Below, in pieces: positions 62,999 through 64,000 of a stretch of DNA of 64,000 nucleotides; within the stretch, counting starts at the first letter, position 1; every line of letters starts with the position of its first letter. Location: the NCBI GenBank assembly GCA_028826165.1, contig JAPDFW010000120.1:105208-169207 (forward strand), written 5' to 3'. The notes under the pieces were generated by a model. That model was not told where the DNA came from. It did no database searches and worked only from the letters and a program-made list of their open reading frames with translations. The stretch comes from Anaeramoeba ignava BMAN. Its lineage: Eukaryota; Protista; Anaeramoebae. The position numbers were made by a program, and so were the translations under genes.

Positions 62999-63117
62999 AT
63001 TTAAATTTAAATTTAAATCAAAATCAAAAATCAAAATCAAAATCAAAAAAGTTCTAAATTTTTCATTCATTCTTTTTGAAAATCTCAAAAATCATTTCAT
63101 TCATTTTTCTTTTTCTT

Positions 63118-64000
63118 TTATCTAAACCAATTTTCACAATAATAATGAATCTTCTTCATTAAAATTTTCTAATAAAACAAACTTCTTCACAACTTCGATT
63201 TGGAATCATTTCTGGATCAAATAAACTTTGATGTGTGGTTTTTATCATAACTTTCAAAATTATTAATTAAATGAACAAAACTAGAATAAATATCATAAGC
63301 TGAAAAATATTATGTTCATTTCTTTTTAAAATTGTTTTTAAATTTGGAAATTTTCAAAAAAATTTGTTTGGGAAAATAATATTAAAAGTGGATATTTATG
63401 ATAAAATTGTTTGTAATATCCATAATGTGGTCATGATCAGAAAGTATAACAATAATAGTATAATCACCAATACTTTTGGAATAGATATTCTTTAAAAACT
63501 TGATACATCTTTATCAACAGTTTGAAAACTTTTGAGTTGATTCATGAGATTCATAAAAATTTGAAATGATAAATTTAGAATTTTCAATATATTTTGGATT
63601 ATTAAGTAAATCATAAGTTGCATTGAAATTATATTATTGATAACCATAATTCCCATAAAGACAATGTGCATGATCGTTTTCAAAGGATTCCAATTAGAAC
63701 CGCAAAAGGACGATAGAATCTATAATCAAATGGACAAGCATCTAAGCTCATTTCAGGTTCTACTCTCCACATCCATTGATAATAAGCAAAACAAATTTCA
63801 TCAATAAAAGTTGGAAATATCCTTTTTGTAAAAATATTCAAAGAAATGAATCTGAATAAAGGTGATTCCATAATTTCTTGTTTTTCCTAATACATTGGAT
63901 TTGGTTATATATGAATTTAATCCAACTATTCGATATCCTGGAAATGAAAATGATTTGATTTTCTTTTTATTTTCTAATTCTTCAATGTGATATTGTTTTT
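63118..64000 (-). pseudogene. Third DUF229/sulfatase-like paralogue, 3' part, inverted; many 1-nt deletions (pseudogene or unpolished sequence)
   Basis: The reverse complement closely matches ~15560-16453 (RVEPEMSLDACPFDYRFYR, FDPEMIPNRSC, CENWFR). Confidence 0.8.

Noticed and set aside
1-64000. Inteins, transposases, tRNA or rRNA genes, alternative genetic code
   Set aside because: No recognisable motifs. TAA and TGA end well-supported genes normally.

Overview
This is a very AT-rich, gene-dense eukaryotic window with the standard genetic code and GT-AG spliceosomal introns, so many ORF-track entries are partial exons or repeat artefacts. The RCC1-BTB expansion, NQ/NE homopeptides and AAAATT spacers suggest an Anaeramoeba-like metamonad, but that is inference. 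About 20 genes can be reconstructed by hand: a calponin-homology gene, an ankyrin-BTB gene, Ubc13, a ubiquilin-like gene, three membrane DUF229/alkaline-phosphatase-superfamily paralogues, four tandem RCC1-BTB genes, a BTB-TLDc gene, three FG-GAP-like propeller/FN3 type-I receptors, a PH-CLU-TPR gene with a 6-kb satellite intron, a PWI protein, Sec14/CRAL-TRIO, a p101 (PIK3R5)-like gene, BRF1 and Rpn12. Four things stand out. (1) The ankyrin-BTB gene has three consecutive single-codon (3-nt) microexons, each completing a 33-aa ankyrin repeat. (2) Two adjacent tandem arrays of beta-propeller proteins, one intracellular and one on the cell surface, vary mainly in their binding loops and are recombinant mosaics. 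(3) A PI3K-gamma p101-like subunit appears in a protist. (4) Several introns are inflated by satellites almost free of AG/GT. Homopolymer frameshifts suggest imperfect assembly polishing, especially at about 46.6-50.7 kb and beyond 62.5 kb. All domain calls are by eye from motifs; no database search was run.
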